Source: Octopus vulgaris (Eukaryota). From it: a stretch of DNA of 64,000 nucleotides. Both the position numbers and the translations under genes were made by a program. Shown here piece after piece: positions 25,773-40,629 of this stretch. The notes beneath the pieces are model-generated. The model was not told the origin of the DNA and did no database searches. It saw nothing but the letters and a program-made list of their open reading frames with translations. The DNA is taken from contig OX597830.1 of assembly GCA_951406725.2 (NCBI GenBank), positions 69,378,001 to 69,442,000 on the forward strand. The letters are read 5' to 3'. How positions within the stretch are numbered: position 1 is the first letter of the stretch; each line of letters opens with the position of its first letter.

Positions 25773-27508
25773 CATTAGTACCTTTGACTTCATCGCCTTC
25801 CCCTCCACCATCATCACCACTGTCTTTCGCATCACTTACTCTCACCATCAGCCCTGACCACCTTGGCTACCATCACAGCCACCTCCGCCTCTATCACAAT
25901 GTTGTTGATGTTGCTTAGTTTTATCCAAGCCAAGACTGTTCATAGACTGTAAGGCATGATTTGAGGGATAGTAGCTGTTATTTACGGCATGTCAAAAGAC
26001 TGCTTAGGGGCATCCCTAGGTTAGTAGACAGCAGCGTGGAGGCACATGGCTTAGTGGTTAAGGGTGTTGGAGCCATGACTGTCAGATTGAGGTTTCAATT
26101 CCTGCACCAGGTGATGCATTGTGTTCTTGAGCAAAACACTTCATTTCAATTTGCTCCAGTCCACTCAGCTGGCAAAAATGTGTAATCCTGTGATTGACCA
26201 GTGTCCAGTCCAGCTGGGAGTATATGTACCATAGAAACCAGGAAACCAACCCTATGGGTCTGTATGACTTTGCAAGGAGCTAAAAATAAGGAAAAAAAAT
26301 AAACAAAGAGGTATGATTTGAGAAACACTTAGCTACTATTTTAGGCATGTCAAGGAACTGCTTAGAGGCATCCTTTGGTTTGTATATAGTAAGGTATGAG
26401 ACTTAAAAAATACTTAGCTGCTTTTACTAACATGTCTAGTGACTACTGAGACGCTTCTCTTGGTTTGTAGACTGCAAGGTACAATTTGAGTGGTATTTGG
26501 CTGTTATGTCTTACAACCCTGGCAACCACCAGATAGAAGCTTCTCTAGTAACTAAAGTTGACATGCATTGTTTAATTGGAATGCAAATGTTACTTGTGTC
26601 TTCATGTTAATTATCTGTAATCCAGTCTAAAAATAGTTCATATTTTTTGTATAATTAGAAACACAACATATTGTCTTCCAAGCATCTCTTCCAAAGCTCC
26701 TTAGTGCCATTGTTAAGGTTTATGAATGATGCTATAGTTACCATTCTTTGTGTTGCTGTTCTTGTGGTCTAGCCCTCAAGCCCAGCCTGATCGAAGCAGA
26801 CCTGATCTTTTCGTCTTTTCAAATTGTCATCTATTTATATATGATACTTAATAAATACACTCTGCTGATCAGCCAGTTGCTGCAGCTTTTGTCTTGTGAT
26901 ATCTCTTTACTCTTTACTCTCTCTTTTACTCTTTTACTTGTTTCAGTCACTTGACTGCGGCCATGCTGGAGCACTGCCTTTAATCGAGCAACTCGACCCT
27001 GGCACTTATTCTTTTGTAAGCCTAGTACTTATTCTATCGGTCTCTTTTGCCAAACCGCTAAGTAACGGGGACATAAACACACCAGCATCGGTTGTCAAGC
27101 AATGCTAGGGGGACAAACACAGACACACAAACACACACACGCATATATATATATACATATATACGACGGGCTTCTTTCAATTTCCGTCTACCAAATCCAC
27201 TCACAAGGCTTTGGTGGGCCCGAGGCTATTGTAGAAGACACTTGCCCAAGGTGCCACGCAGTGGGACTGAACCCGGAATCATGTGGTTGGTAAACAAGCT
27301 ACTTACCACACAGCCACTCCTGCGCTATGCATACTTAAACCGAAAAGTATACGATGGACAACACAAACTTGCATTTAATGGAATACATATAAATATACTT
27401 ACGCATCCATTCGCATATACACAAGCATACATACATGAATGTGGATGAGAAAACCATTGTGTACTGTCAATAAATATATAAATAAAAACACATATCCACA
27501 TACACATA

Positions 27509-27594
<86 letters not shown>

Positions 27595-27787
27595 TACTCT
27601 TTTACTCTTTTACTTGTTTCAGTCATTTGACTGCGGCCATGCTGGAGCACCACCTTTAGTCGAGCAAATCAACCCCAGGACTTATTCTATCGGTCTCTTT
27701 TGCTGAACCGCTAAGTGACGGGGACGTAAACACACCAGCATCGGTTGTCAAGCAATGCTAGGGGGACAAACACAGACACAAACATAT

Positions 27788-27836
<49 letters not shown>

Positions 27837-28878
27837 TACGATGGGTTTCTTTCAGTTTCCATCTACCAAATCCACTCACAAGGCATTGGTCGGCCCGGGG
27901 CTATAGCAGAAGACACTTGCCCAACATGCCACGCTGTGGGACTGAACCCGGAACCATGTGGTTGGTAAGCAAGCTACTTACCACACAGCCGCTCCTGCGC
28001 CTATATGCATATATATATATATATATATACATATATACATACACATACATTCAAGCAAATATACATATGACCTCTTACAATCCTAATAAACGGACACATA
28101 TACATACACAAACAAACATTCATATATACACACTAATCCAAACATGTATATTCATACATATACATTTATGCATCAATAAATATACGGATGCCAACAAAAT
28201 TAACCTCAATAGGTATGTCTACAATTAAACATGGATAGACAGATATAAAGAGCAAACATTTGTAGTTCAATCTAATTAATGTTAATGAAAGGTGTTTATA
28301 CACAGACATAAATGCACAAACAAATACAAGCATGTAGGGAGTATATACTAATATACACACATATATATATATAACCACACAAACAATTATACATCATAGT
28401 TAAATATGAAAAAACATAATACTAATACCAGTAAAGGCCATGCTACAGCAAAAACATATGTGCCAATATGCACCCATATACATATCCATATATATACACA
28501 TATATATATATACAAATATACATATATATACACATATGTATATACACACATACATACACACATACATAGATATATACACACATATATCCTTACATACATA
28601 AAAACCAGTACAAACATCACATATGCAAATATGTACTGAAGTCCATATATAATATCTAATATACAAGAAAAATAACATAAAATAATACTTAAAACTACCA
28701 CATGCACTTAAATAAACCTACATGAATATATAAATATATATATATATATACATATGTATCCACACATATACAAATCCAATAGTGACCTCAATATGTTTAG
28801 TAGATTGACTCATACTATGTGCATTACTATATACTAAAAGCCAAAAGTAAATACATATCATAAATACTACTGTTCATA

Positions 28879-29952
28879 ATGGGACCACTACTATTCATAA
28901 TGGCCCTCTCAGACATGCACTCAGCCACGCAGAGAGCCACGATCACAAGTTATGCAGATGATACAAAAGTTTCACAGGCAGTACAGAACCCTGAAGACAC
29001 TATGCACCTGCAATGTGAGCTGGACAAAATATACAAGTGGGCTGAAAAGAATAGCATGCAGTTCAATGCTGAAAAGTTTCAAGCTTTATGCTATCAGCAT
29101 GCAAAACTAAATGCAATACCCAATAAATACACTGGACCCGGAGGGATTGCAATCCCAGAGGCACAGTCAGTGTGAGACCTGGGTATTTACATGAGTGATG
29201 ATGCAACCTTTCATGTGCATGTTGCTAAATTGGCAATGAAATGTAGGCAGCTGACCGGATGGATTCTTAGAACCTTTAGAACAAGAGACCAGGAAACCAT
29301 GATGGTCCTCTGGAGGACACTTGTCCTAAGCCACTTTGACTATTGCGCTCAGCTATGGTCACCATCCAGTGTCAAGCTAATCACAGAACTTGAGGTGATC
29401 CAACGAAGCTACACGAAGATAGCCTCTGTGCAGCATATAAGCTACTGGGAAAGACTCAAGAGATTGAGACTCTATTCCTTAGAGCGTAGGCAAGAAAGAT
29501 ATACTATAATATACATCTGGAAGATCCTAGAAGGACTTATCCCAAACTTTGGCATCGAGAGTTACACAAATGCCAGAACTAGGCACCACTGCATAGTGCC
29601 AAGGACTCCAAATTTGCCATCAAGATGTAGGACAAGATACTGTGATAGCCTGGGCTTCTGAGGCCCACAGCTCTTCAATATCCTCCTGAAGAACCTAAGT
29701 GACCTGCATGGGGTGGATACAGATGTCTTTAAAATAAAACTGGATCTTTTCTTGTCAGGTGTCCCAGATGAACCAACTTCACGGCAGGAGGTGCAGATGA
29801 GGGCAGCTGCATCGAACTCTCTCATGCACTAAATGGCAATTGCTAAAAAGCATTCGTGAAGTAAAATCATGTAGCAACACCAAATGGCGGTGCCCCAGCA
29901 TGGTCACAGCTTGTGAGCTGAAACTAGATAAAAATAAAAATAAAAAATAAAA
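28879..29952 (+). mobile_element. 5'-truncated CR1/L2-group LINE (RT C-terminus and 3' UTR)
   Basis: GPLLF...SYADDTK...KWA...MQFNAEK...DLG...DYC..LWSP...YSLERR...WKILEG, with stops/frameshifts and a (TAAAAA)n tail. A 3' fragment of the same family is at 61180-61470 (-). Confidence 0.92.
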
Positions 29953-30227
29953 ACAAATCATAAATATAAAGATATATTTACACACAGGTACCAGTATATA
30001 AAAAATACAAATATGTACACACAAAAAACACTTATATCAAAATATATAAATATATAAACACATTCATATACAAATACATATATTATATATATGATACACT
30101 TATACATAGATATACAAAAAATAATATGCCCATAACCCTTTACAATTTTGTATTCCTAAATATAATAAAGTAAAAAATCTATTAACAACTATTTATATCT
30201 ATTTCAAAGGGTATTTAGAACTAAGTA

Positions 30228-30580
30228 TTATTTGTATCTAGAGAAAGTATACGCCAGTCTATGAAGGCATGAGACATTTCGTCCCTTAAGATTGTTAATA
30301 ATTGGTAAATTAGCCCTAATTATTAAGAAAATCTCATTAATGCATAATGAGCATTTTCTGTTCCTATTATTATACGCTGGTGCAGATATAAGTATTTTCC
30401 ATTGCAAATTATAATTGATTTTTTTGTCCTTAAGCTCCCAAATATATGCACTTAACCCTGTAGAATTAATCCTATTCCTATTTTTAAAAGTATATCTGTG
30501 ATAATTAAGTCTTTGTTTCAAATTATTCTTAGTAGTCCCACTATATACTCTATTATCATATTGTGTACTTACTATATATA
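30228..30580 (-). pseudogene. Penelope-like element GIY-YIG endonuclease C-terminal fragment
   Basis: IYIVSTQYDNRVYSGTTKNNLKQRLNYHRYTF...STGLSAYIWELK...WKIL...KCSLCINE...SCLH: typical PLE GIY-YIG domain with Cys/His motif. Confidence 0.88.
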
Positions 30581-30965
30581 TATATATACAAACTCAATAC
30601 CACTATAAAATGTCTTATATTCCTCCCCACCACTACAAACTCAATACCACTATAAAATGGTCAAAACTTTTCACACAGGAACTTAGTTTGATTTGAAAAC
30701 CCCACTAGAATGGGAGAAAGCGCTAATACATGATCTAAGTTATATACATGATCTAAGTTATATGATGCATAAAAAATGTAATATACAAATAAATATCTGT
30801 AAATATAAACCATCCGATTTTCTGAGTACCTCATTTCTTCTAATATATGTGTGTGTGTGTGTGTATTTTGGATATTTGTCTTATTATTTATTTGTATATA
30901 TTGGATAATAAGTGAAGCATGTTTTGTATATCAATATTATTATTATACTTTTCAAGTTAATTATA

Positions 30966-31097
30966 TCCTCTGACGAGGCCTTTGGTTATTTTAACATACA
31001 AGTATAATTTTTAATGCCTAAAACCATAATACGCTAACATCTATAGGCAATATAAGTTGAATAGACTCTTGACCATAGGCTGAAACAGCTGTAAGGA
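30966..31097 (+). ncRNA. Type I hammerhead ribozyme with canonical core and extended helix II
   Basis: TCCT-CTGACGA-GGCCTTTGGTTA-(~80 nt)-TGACCATAGGCT-GAAACAGCTGTA|AGGA; helix III is the palindrome ACAGCTGT. Confidence 0.8.
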
Positions 31098-31661
31098 GTA
31101 GTTTATTTGTATTAATTTTTATTATTATATTACATATTGATTTATAGTGTTTGTTTGCTTTTGATGTTCTCATTTGTATAATTAATAAATAATGTAAAAT
31201 TGTAATATTCGTAAGATGATGAACGAGATGAATTTGTTTCTCCATTTTCTTATTTGTATTATATATATATCATCATCATCATCATCATCATCATCATTTA
31301 GCGTCCGCTTTCCATGCTAGCATGGGTTGGACGGTTCTACGGGGGTCTGTGAAGCCAGAAGGCTGCATCAGGCCCAGTCTGATCTGGCAGTGTTTCTACG
31401 GCTAGATGCCCTTCCTAACGCCAGCCACTCCGTGAGTGTAGTGGGTGCTTTTTACGTGCCACCCGCACAGGTGCCAGACGGAGCTGGCAAACGGCACGAA
31501 CGGATGGTGCTTTTATGCCACCGGCACGGGGCCAGGCGAGGCTGGCAACGGACACGAACGTATGGTGCTTTTACGTGCCACCGGCACAGAGGCCAGTCGG
31601 GGCGGCACTGGCAACAGCTACGATCGGATGGTTCACTTAACCACAACTGCAATTTCCAATA

Positions 31662-31705
<44 letters not shown>

Positions 31706-31945
31706 GATTCAAGAGCCAAGAATTTCATGCATTGGTACTTATCAAATTTTGACAGCCACACACACATGCTTATGTATATACTAAATTGAAAAGAGGAAGA
31801 AAACCTACCTGTATACATAGGTACATGCATATATATCAATATATGCAAGCATGACTGCATATATACATACATACAAGCATACACATATACATGTGTACAT
31901 ACATGTGCATGCATGCATACATACATACATACATACATACATACA

Positions 31946-31978
<33 letters not shown>

Positions 31979-32093
31979 CCACACATATATTCCAGAGTAA
32001 CAATTCAAAGAAGCTATGCCTGGCCACTTGGAGAAAAATTTCTCTAATTTTCCTACCCTATATATTTTCTCTCTCTCTCTCTTTATATATATA

Positions 32094-32470
32094 CTAGCAG
32101 TATCGCCCGGCGTTGCTCAGGTTTGTAAGGGAAATAACTATAAAGCATTTTTAGAGAGTTATAGCCAAAAAATAGCAAAAAGATGGAAAAAAAATGATGG
32201 TAAATTTTTTTTTAGTTAAAAAAGGTGGAGTTGCGTCCCCTAGACAGTTTGCGGTTTGTGTTTCTGATTCTCGACCCCATGTCGAATTTATCGATTTTTT
32301 TCAGAACTGGGGGAACTTTTCAAAATTTTAGCTGCGTTAGTTTTGAATTATGACATTGGGCTATGTGTGTGTCAAGTTTCATCAGAATCGGTTGAAAGCC
32401 GTGGTCAGGGTGAGGGTACAAGCAAACAGACACACAGAAACACGCACAGACAAACTGCTGTTTATATAGA
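32094..32470 (-). mobile_element. Non-autonomous Helitron with a different 5' end
   Basis: Minus strand A|TCTATATAAACAGCAG ... hairpin-CTAG|T; 3' end shared with the 5650 and 19083 copies. Confidence 0.85.
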
Positions 32471-33871
32471 TATATATATATATATATATATATATAGGCG
32501 CAGGAGTGCCTGTGTGGTAAGAAGATGCTTTCCAACTACATGGTTCTGAGTTCAGTCTCACTGTGTGACACCTTGGGCAAGTGTCTTCTAATGTTGCCTC
32601 AGGCTGACCAAAGCCCTGTGAGTGGATTTGGTAGATGGAAACTGAAAGAAGCCCGTCGTATATATACATAGATATATGTATCTGTTTGTGCGTCTGTTTT
32701 TGCCCCCCTCCACCACCACCACCACCATCGCTTGAGAAATGATGCTAGTGTGTTTATGTCCCTGCAACTTAGTGGTTCGGCAAAAGAGAACCAACAGAAT
32801 AAGTACTAGGTTTACAAAATGTAAGTCCTGGGGTCGATTCAATCAACTAAAGGTGGTGCTCCAGCATGGCTGCAGTCAAATACTGAAACACGTAAAAGAG
32901 TAAAAGAATACATACACACACACACACATCATCATCATCATCATCATCATCGTTTAACGTCCGCTTTCCATGCTGGCATGGGTTGGACGGTTTGACTGAA
33001 GACTGGCGAACCAGATGGCTGCACCACCTCCAATCTGATCTGGCAGAGTTTCTACAGCTGGATGCCCTTCCTAATGCCAACCACTCTGAGAGTGTAGTGG
33101 GTGTTTTTACGTGCCACCAGCACAAGGGCTAGTCAGGTCGTTCTGGCAACGAACACGTTCAGAAGGTGTTTTTATGTGCTACCTGCATGGGAGCCAGTCT
33201 AGCGGCACTGGCAACGACCATGCTCGAATGTTGTTTTTCATGTACCGCCAGCACATGTGCCAGTAAAGTAACGCTGGCAATGATCATGCTTGAATGGTGC
33301 TTTTCTTGTGTCACCAGCACAGGAGCCAATTCATGGCCCTGGCAACGATCATGCTTGGATGTCAATCACACTTGGATGTATATATATATGTCTCTCATAA
33401 TGGGGTAGGGAGGCTTCTTTCAATTTCCGTCGACAAAATCTACTCACAAGGCTTTGGTCCACCTGAGGCTATGGTAGAAGACACTTGCCCAAGGTGCCAC
33501 TCAGTGGAACTGACCCAGAACCTTGTAGTCAGGAAGCAAGCTTCTTACCACACAGCCACACATTATACACAAGAAAGAGAAATACAGACAGATACACAAA
33601 TATATACAACGAACGTCTTTTAGTCTTTATCAAACAAATCCACTCAGAAGGCTTTGGTCAGCCCAAACTTATAATACAAGATATTTGCCTCAAGTACTGC
33701 ACAATGGTAGGCGTAGGAGTGGCTGTGTGGTAAGTAGCTTGCTAACCAACCACATGGTTCCAGGTTCAGTCCCACTGCGTGGCATCTTGGGCAAGTGTCT
33801 TCTGCTATAGCCCCGGGCCGACCAATGCCTTATGAGTGGATTTGGTAGACGGAAACTGAAAAAAGCGTGTC

Positions 33872-33922
<51 letters not shown>

Positions 33923-34515
33923 CGTGTGTGTGTTTGTGTGTCTGTGTTTGTCCCCCTAGCATTGCTTGACAACCGATGCTGGTGTGTTTATGTCCCCGTC
34001 ACTTAGCGGTTCGGCAAAAAGAAACCGATAGAATAAGTACTGGGCTTACAAAGAATAAGTCCCGGGGTCGATTTGCTCGACTAAAGGCGGTGATCCAGCA
34101 TGGCCACAGTCAAATAACTGAAACAAGTAAAAGAGTAATGGTATTGAACTCAAGAACAAAGGGCTTGAAAGCAAACTTCTTTAACTACGCAGCCATTCAT
34201 ACGCCTATGCAGCCTAATTTCCTGAGCACACATGCACTGACATCATATTTACTTATCTATCATATATCTTTTACTTCTTTCATGATTATCACCAGAAACA
34301 AGCAAAACAGACAAAAAGGATTTACAAATGCCTTTTACCTCTTTTTAAAACTTCCATGAATAAGCATGCCCAGGCATATTTTAAGATTTCTTATCATCAG
34401 TATTGTCAAGTAATATTTTGAATGATAAGCTAAGATTTCTTTTCAGTCTCGCTCTCTCTCTCTCTCTCTCTCTCTTTCTCACACACACACACACACAAAC
34501 AAACAAATACATACG

Positions 34516-34553
<38 letters not shown>

Positions 34554-34715
34554 CACCTACATATATATATATATATATATATATGTTGGGAAAGATCAAA
34601 ACCATGGCAGAACAAATCCCCTCAAGTCATTTATAATAATTTAATTAGGGTAAGGTGAATTTATATATGTGTGTGTGTGTGCGTGTGTGTGTACACATGA
34701 ATATATACATACACA

Positions 34716-35500
34716 TTGTTGGCATCCTTTTTGTCTCGGGAGACAATGGAGTTGCGCATAAAATAGTCTAGTCCGGCTTTTACATTTCATGTCCTGATAC
34801 ATTTCCTGCTGTGGCTGTGTAGTCCTATCCTGGACAAACACTCCCTCTGGCAGGTACTGCAAATGTAGCGAAGACTGTTCCTGGCTGGTTGTAGTGCCAT
34901 AGTCTCTTGTTAACGTCTCTTCTTTTCTTTCCATTTCTCCTCTCTCTCTCTGTCACTCCTTTGTATTCCCTCTCTGACGGTACGTTGCCAGTCTCCACGG
35001 TTGCCAGCAACTGCCTCCCAACCGCTAATATTGATGTTGCAGGCCCTCATGTCCCTTTTGCAAACATCCTTGTAATGTAAGAGCGGTCTACCCACAGACC
35101 TAGTACCCCTAGCAAGCTCTCCGTAGAGTATGTCTTTGGGGATTCTGCCATCTTTCATACGGCTAACATGCCCAAGCCATCTCATACGTCTTTGTGTGAG
35201 GAGTGCAAACATGCTTGGTATTCCTGCTTGCCTGAGGACATCTTTGTTGGGGATATGGTTCTGCCATTTGATGCAGATGATTTTCCGGAGGCAGCGCAGG
35301 TGAAAGATGTTTAGGCGACGCTCTTGGCGTGTGTATAGCGTCCAAGTCTCACTTCCATACAGTAGTGTGCTAAGTACACATGCCTTTTCGTGGTCTTGGT
35401 CAGCTTATTGTTGTCCCAAGCCCATTTGGAGAGTTGGGCCATCGCAGCAGCTGCCTTGCCAATGCGTATATTGAGCTCAGCATCGACGCTGAGCTCAATA
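34716..35500 (-). mobile_element. 5'-truncated RTE (BovB-like) LINE
   Basis: DAELNIRIGKAAAAM...YGSETW...FHLRCLRKI...RRMRWLGHVSRMKDGRIPKDILYGEL...GRP...YKDVCK. Confidence 0.92.
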
Positions 35501-36401
35501 TACATACACACACACGCAGAAATGTATGCATACATATATATCATCATCATCACTTAACGTCTGCCTTCCATGCTGGCAAAGGTAGCACATTCTCTCTCTC
35601 TGTACATATATATGTATATATATATGTGTGTGTGTATATATATATGTATGTATATAGGAGAGTATTGAAGTTTGCTTGAAGCTCTGTGTATTGTTTGAAA
35701 CCAGTATGCTTTTGAATCTCTTTAACAATTCACAATAATGACTTTTATTACTTTTATTCCTACCTCAGTTCATCTATTTGTATATATCTATTGTTATTTT
35801 TCATAAAAAGCCTTTACTAGTTTGACTTCCAATATGCATTTTCACTTATTTTTCTTCTTACTTTTCCGTATATATATGGATGGATGGAAGCACTCCGTCG
35901 GTTACGACAATGAGGGTTCCGGTTGATCCAAATCAACGGAACAGCCTGCTCGTGAAATTAACGTGTAAGTGGCTGAGCACTCCACAGACACGTCCACCCT
36001 TAACGTAGTTCTCGGGGATATTCAGCGTGACACAGAGAAACAAGAAGTAAGAGTGAGAGAAAGTTGTGGTGAAAGAGTACAGCAGGGATCACCACCATCC
36101 CCTGCCAGAGCCTCGTGGAGCTTTTAGGTGTTTTCACTCAATAAACACTCACAACGCCCGGTCTGGGAATCGAAACTGCGATCCTATGATCGTGAGTCCG
36201 CTGCCATAACCACTGGGCCATTGCGCCTCCTATATATATATATATATATATAATAATAAATATTAGGGAATAAATCCAAATTTACAGGGAAAAAATCAGA
36301 TTTAGGATTGTAGTGGCGGTTTTTTTTACTTTTTATTAAAATTTTATGTATTGATTAAGTCTTTCCTTGTTTGTTTTGCAAAATAGTGGTTTTGTCTCTA
36401 A

Positions 36402-36434
<33 letters not shown>

Positions 36435-36545
36435 ATAATGAAAAAAAGTTTTGAATGGTACAACAATGCACTAAAATACAAACAATGGGCTATATACCTG
36501 TTGTAATTTAGTCATCCATAGTATGGATGACTAAATTATATCAGG

Positions 36546-36584
<39 letters not shown>

Positions 36585-37904
36585 ATGTATTAAGGGGCAA
36601 GGAGGCAGAATCATTAGCACACCAGGCAAAATGCTTAGAAGCATTTCATCTGGGTTCAAACACTATCAAGGTCAACTTTGCCTTTCATCGACTAAAGGTG
36701 GTGCTCCAGCATGGCTGCAGTCACATGACTGAAACAAATAAAACAATAAAAAAAAACTATGCCATTTTAATCCCTAGCAACACAGGGTATCTCTGCTAAC
36801 ATGCATATATACATTCATACATACTATCATCATTATCACCTATGTATTTGTGTGTGTGTGTGTGTAAAAGAATGAGGGTATGCCTGTTTGTTTTTACGAT
36901 GTATACACAACTGAATACATAAACCTTTAACCCTCTAACAAATGAAAAATTATGAGCAGACACAAGGTAATCATAGCCGTGTTATAAAGTAGGTCAGTGA
37001 ACAACTTGTAGTCTCTAACAACTTAAGATGTTTTTGCTGACATATCTGTTGTCAGTTATATCTTTGTCTGACTTGATTGAATATAAATTGTAATTTGCAG
37101 GTGACAAAAACAAACATTTCTTGATTAAACTCCAAATAAAAAAGTAAAATAGATGCTGTTTGTAAAAGGGCTCTCTTCGGTCGTGAATGACCATGGGATT
37201 GCACCTAGAAAGTTACTCTCCAAGGCAAATGTCCAGGCAAGATTGTTTATGGAAGACCAGCAGTCACCTGTGCATACCAGCCTCCCCTCTTTATGCCACT
37301 GATGTTATCCAAGGGAAAGGTGAAGACTGATACAGTTCAGTACTAGTGACATCACAACCCATCTCTACTGCTGAGTGAAATGGAGCAATATAAAATAAAG
37401 TGTCTTGCTCAAGAACATAACACACAGCCCAGTCTGGGAATCGAACTCACTACCTCATGATTGTGAGCCCAACGCTCTAACCACTGAGCCATGTGCCATT
37501 TATAACCATTATAATTATAATACCAGAATATGACTTGTAGCGTATTATACTAGTACCCATCTTATTGATACCAATAAATAAACTTTAGTGGAAATCAAAA
37601 CCATCATGTACCAGTTATACAATCAGCTGTATCAAAGATGTTATTCCAGAGCAGAGGTTTCCACTTGCTTTTTACCTAGGGACCCCTTTGATTGCTATTT
37701 TACATAGGTGGGCCCTCAGAGCCATTCAATGTTCAAAAAGATCCTATTATATAGGAGTTTTCTAGACACAGGTGTATCTGTGTGCTAAAGAAGCTTGCTT
37801 CACAACCAGCCACATGGTTGAAAAGCATTGTGAGTGGACCAAAGACTTCTGAGTGGATTTGGTAGATGGAAACTGAAAGAAGTCCATCATGTGTGTATGT
37901 ATGA

Positions 37905-37946
<42 letters not shown>

Positions 37947-38788
37947 TTCTCCCCCACCACTGCTTGACAACTGGTGTTGCTGTGTTTATGTCTCCATAAC
38001 TTAGCAGTTCAGCAAAACAGACTGACAGAATAAGTACCAGGCTGAAAGAGAAGTAAGTACAAGCATCAATGCGTTTGACTAAAACAAATTCCCTTGTTTT
38101 AGTCATTAAACTGTGGCCATGCTGGAGCACCACCTTGAGGAATTGTAGTCGAACTTATCGTCCCCAGTACTTACGTTCTTTTTAAGCCTGTGTTGTATAG
38201 TGAAACTATAAAAAGTGGTAGGAGCCAGCCATTATAAATAGACCAGTAGCCGGTCAACAAGGTGGTCGACCTTCTGACAGCACGTGTAGACTGTGTTGGT
38301 AGTTGCATCAGTGCTGGTATAGTAATGATACTGAGTGGATACCATATTGATTCAGTCTTTTGAGGATAATAACACTATACAACTGGGGGTTGTACAGTGC
38401 CAGAAGATAACCATTCTATTGATGACTTCAGAATATAACAATATCTGCCAACGCGACAACCGTCATCAAAAGACAGATACAAAGTGACAAAAGACCACTT
38501 TACAACTGTTTGGAACTTATTCTCTTGGTCTCTTTATTAAGGGGATGTAAACACACCAACACTGATTGTCAAGTGGTGGGGGGAGACAAACACAGACACA
38601 AAGCCATGCACACACACACACACACACACAATGGGCGTCTTGCAGTTTCTGTCTACTAAATCCACTCACAAGGCTTGGTAGGCCTGAGGTTATAGTAGAA
38701 GACATTTGCCAAGGTACCATGCAGTGGGACTGAACCTGAAACTATGTGGTTGGGAAGCAAGCTTCATATCACACAACCACACCTGTGC

Positions 38789-38836
<48 letters not shown>

Positions 38837-39710
38837 GATGTGCTTCTATCAATTTCTGTCTACCAAATTCACTCATGAGGCTTTGGTTGACCCACGACTA
38901 TAGTAGAAGACACTTGCCCAAGGTGCCATGCAGTGGAACAGAACCCAGAATTATGTAGTTCGAAGCCAGCTTCTTATCACACAGTCACGCCTACAGAAAT
39001 TTTAACAATAAAATCTCACACACACACACACATATCAAAAGGGTGTATTATAATACTATTCCACAGCCATACCAACAATTCAACATACCCCCATCATCAG
39101 CTGCCCCACGGATATCATTGTGGTTTCGACACCTGTACAGGAAGCTTTATATAAATCTCTCCAAAGCAAAACAAACACGATTGAAATTAATTTAACTAAT
39201 AATAATTATATGTGAAATACATTATTTCATCATTCAAAAGTTAATAATAAAGCACTACATACTCATACTCATTAATATATCACCACTACAAATTATAACA
39301 TTAAATTACCAGTAACTAAGAGAAACATAAATTTCATTAAATAGGAACTAATAAAAGTACTTGTAATTAACTATTATTATTAAACCTTGCTATGTTTAAA
39401 GCTAACTAAAACCATTTAAAGGATGATAATACTACTAATATTAAAACTTACATGTTTTATCAGACACTTGGTTCCATCACCAAGAATTTAAAGCACCCAT
39501 TAAATGTTGATGATATTGTTTCTAATTACTACTTCCTCAAATGTCTCAAACAATATTGGTAACATAGTAAGCAAATAACTTGAATGGTAAACCTTCCAAA
39601 TCCTTACAAATATTCGCTAAGTTGAATGCTAGACATTACCCCGTATTTATTTGAGGATATGTATGAGCGTATGTGTGTGTATCTGTGCTTGTGTGTGTGT
39701 GTGTGTGGTG

Positions 39711-40166
39711 TACCATATTTGATGGCCTATATGACACACCTTTTCTACCCAAAAGTGGTTTAAAAAATACCCCTGTATCCAATGTACTCAATGTAGGCTC
39801 AAAACTCCCAACTGCATTTCTAATACTATATGTTACAAGAACTGGCATTTCTAATACAAGAAAGAACAACATGGTAACACCAGAGGGGGAATGAGAGGGT
39901 TCGTGGATGGCAGGGTGTTGCCAATCACCTATGGTATGTATGTTTACAAAACATGTGCTGCCATCTATTGGTGAACAATCACCTACAGTATATTTATATC
40001 GAATGTGGATACAATAAATTACTTATAATTATTGGTAATAACATAAAATTATACAGGTAAGTGGCGGAATTAAAACAATCTTTTAGTGGTAATTTATTTT
40101 ACAAAAGTATAGCCTAGGCTAGGGCACGTCCTGTGCACTCATGCGTTTTATAGGCCAACAAATACA

Positions 40167-40169
<3 letters not shown>
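39711..40169. mobile_element. pogo/Tigger-like MITE
   Basis: TIRs TACCATATTTGATGGCCTATA / TATAGGCCAACAAATACAGTA; a second right end lies at ~42105-42158. Confidence 0.75.
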
Positions 40170-40210
<41 letters not shown>

Positions 40211-40594
40211 TTTCTCTTTTACTCTTTTACTTGTTTCAGTAATTTGACTGCGGCCATGCTGGAGCACCGCCTTTAGTCGAGCAAACCTTCCCCAGGACTT
40301 ATTCTTTGTAAGCCCAGTATGCTAAGTGACGAGGACGTAAACACACCAGCATCGGTTGTCAAGCAATGCTAGGGAGACAAACACAGACACACAAACACAT
40401 ACACACACATGCATATATATATATATATATATACGACAGGCTTCTTTCAGTTTCCGTCTACCAAATCCACTCACAAGGCATTGGTCAGCCCGGAGCTATA
40501 GCAGAAGACACTTGCCCAAGATGCCACGCAGTGGGACTGAACCCGGAACCATGTGGTTGGTTAGGAAGCTACTTACCACACAGCCACTCCTGTG

Positions 40595-40626
<32 letters not shown>

Positions 40627-40629
<3 letters not shown>

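Noticed and set aside
38189-38505. Possible solo LTR (TGTTGTA...TACAAC)
   Set aside because: No clear TSD or second copy in the window; insufficient support.
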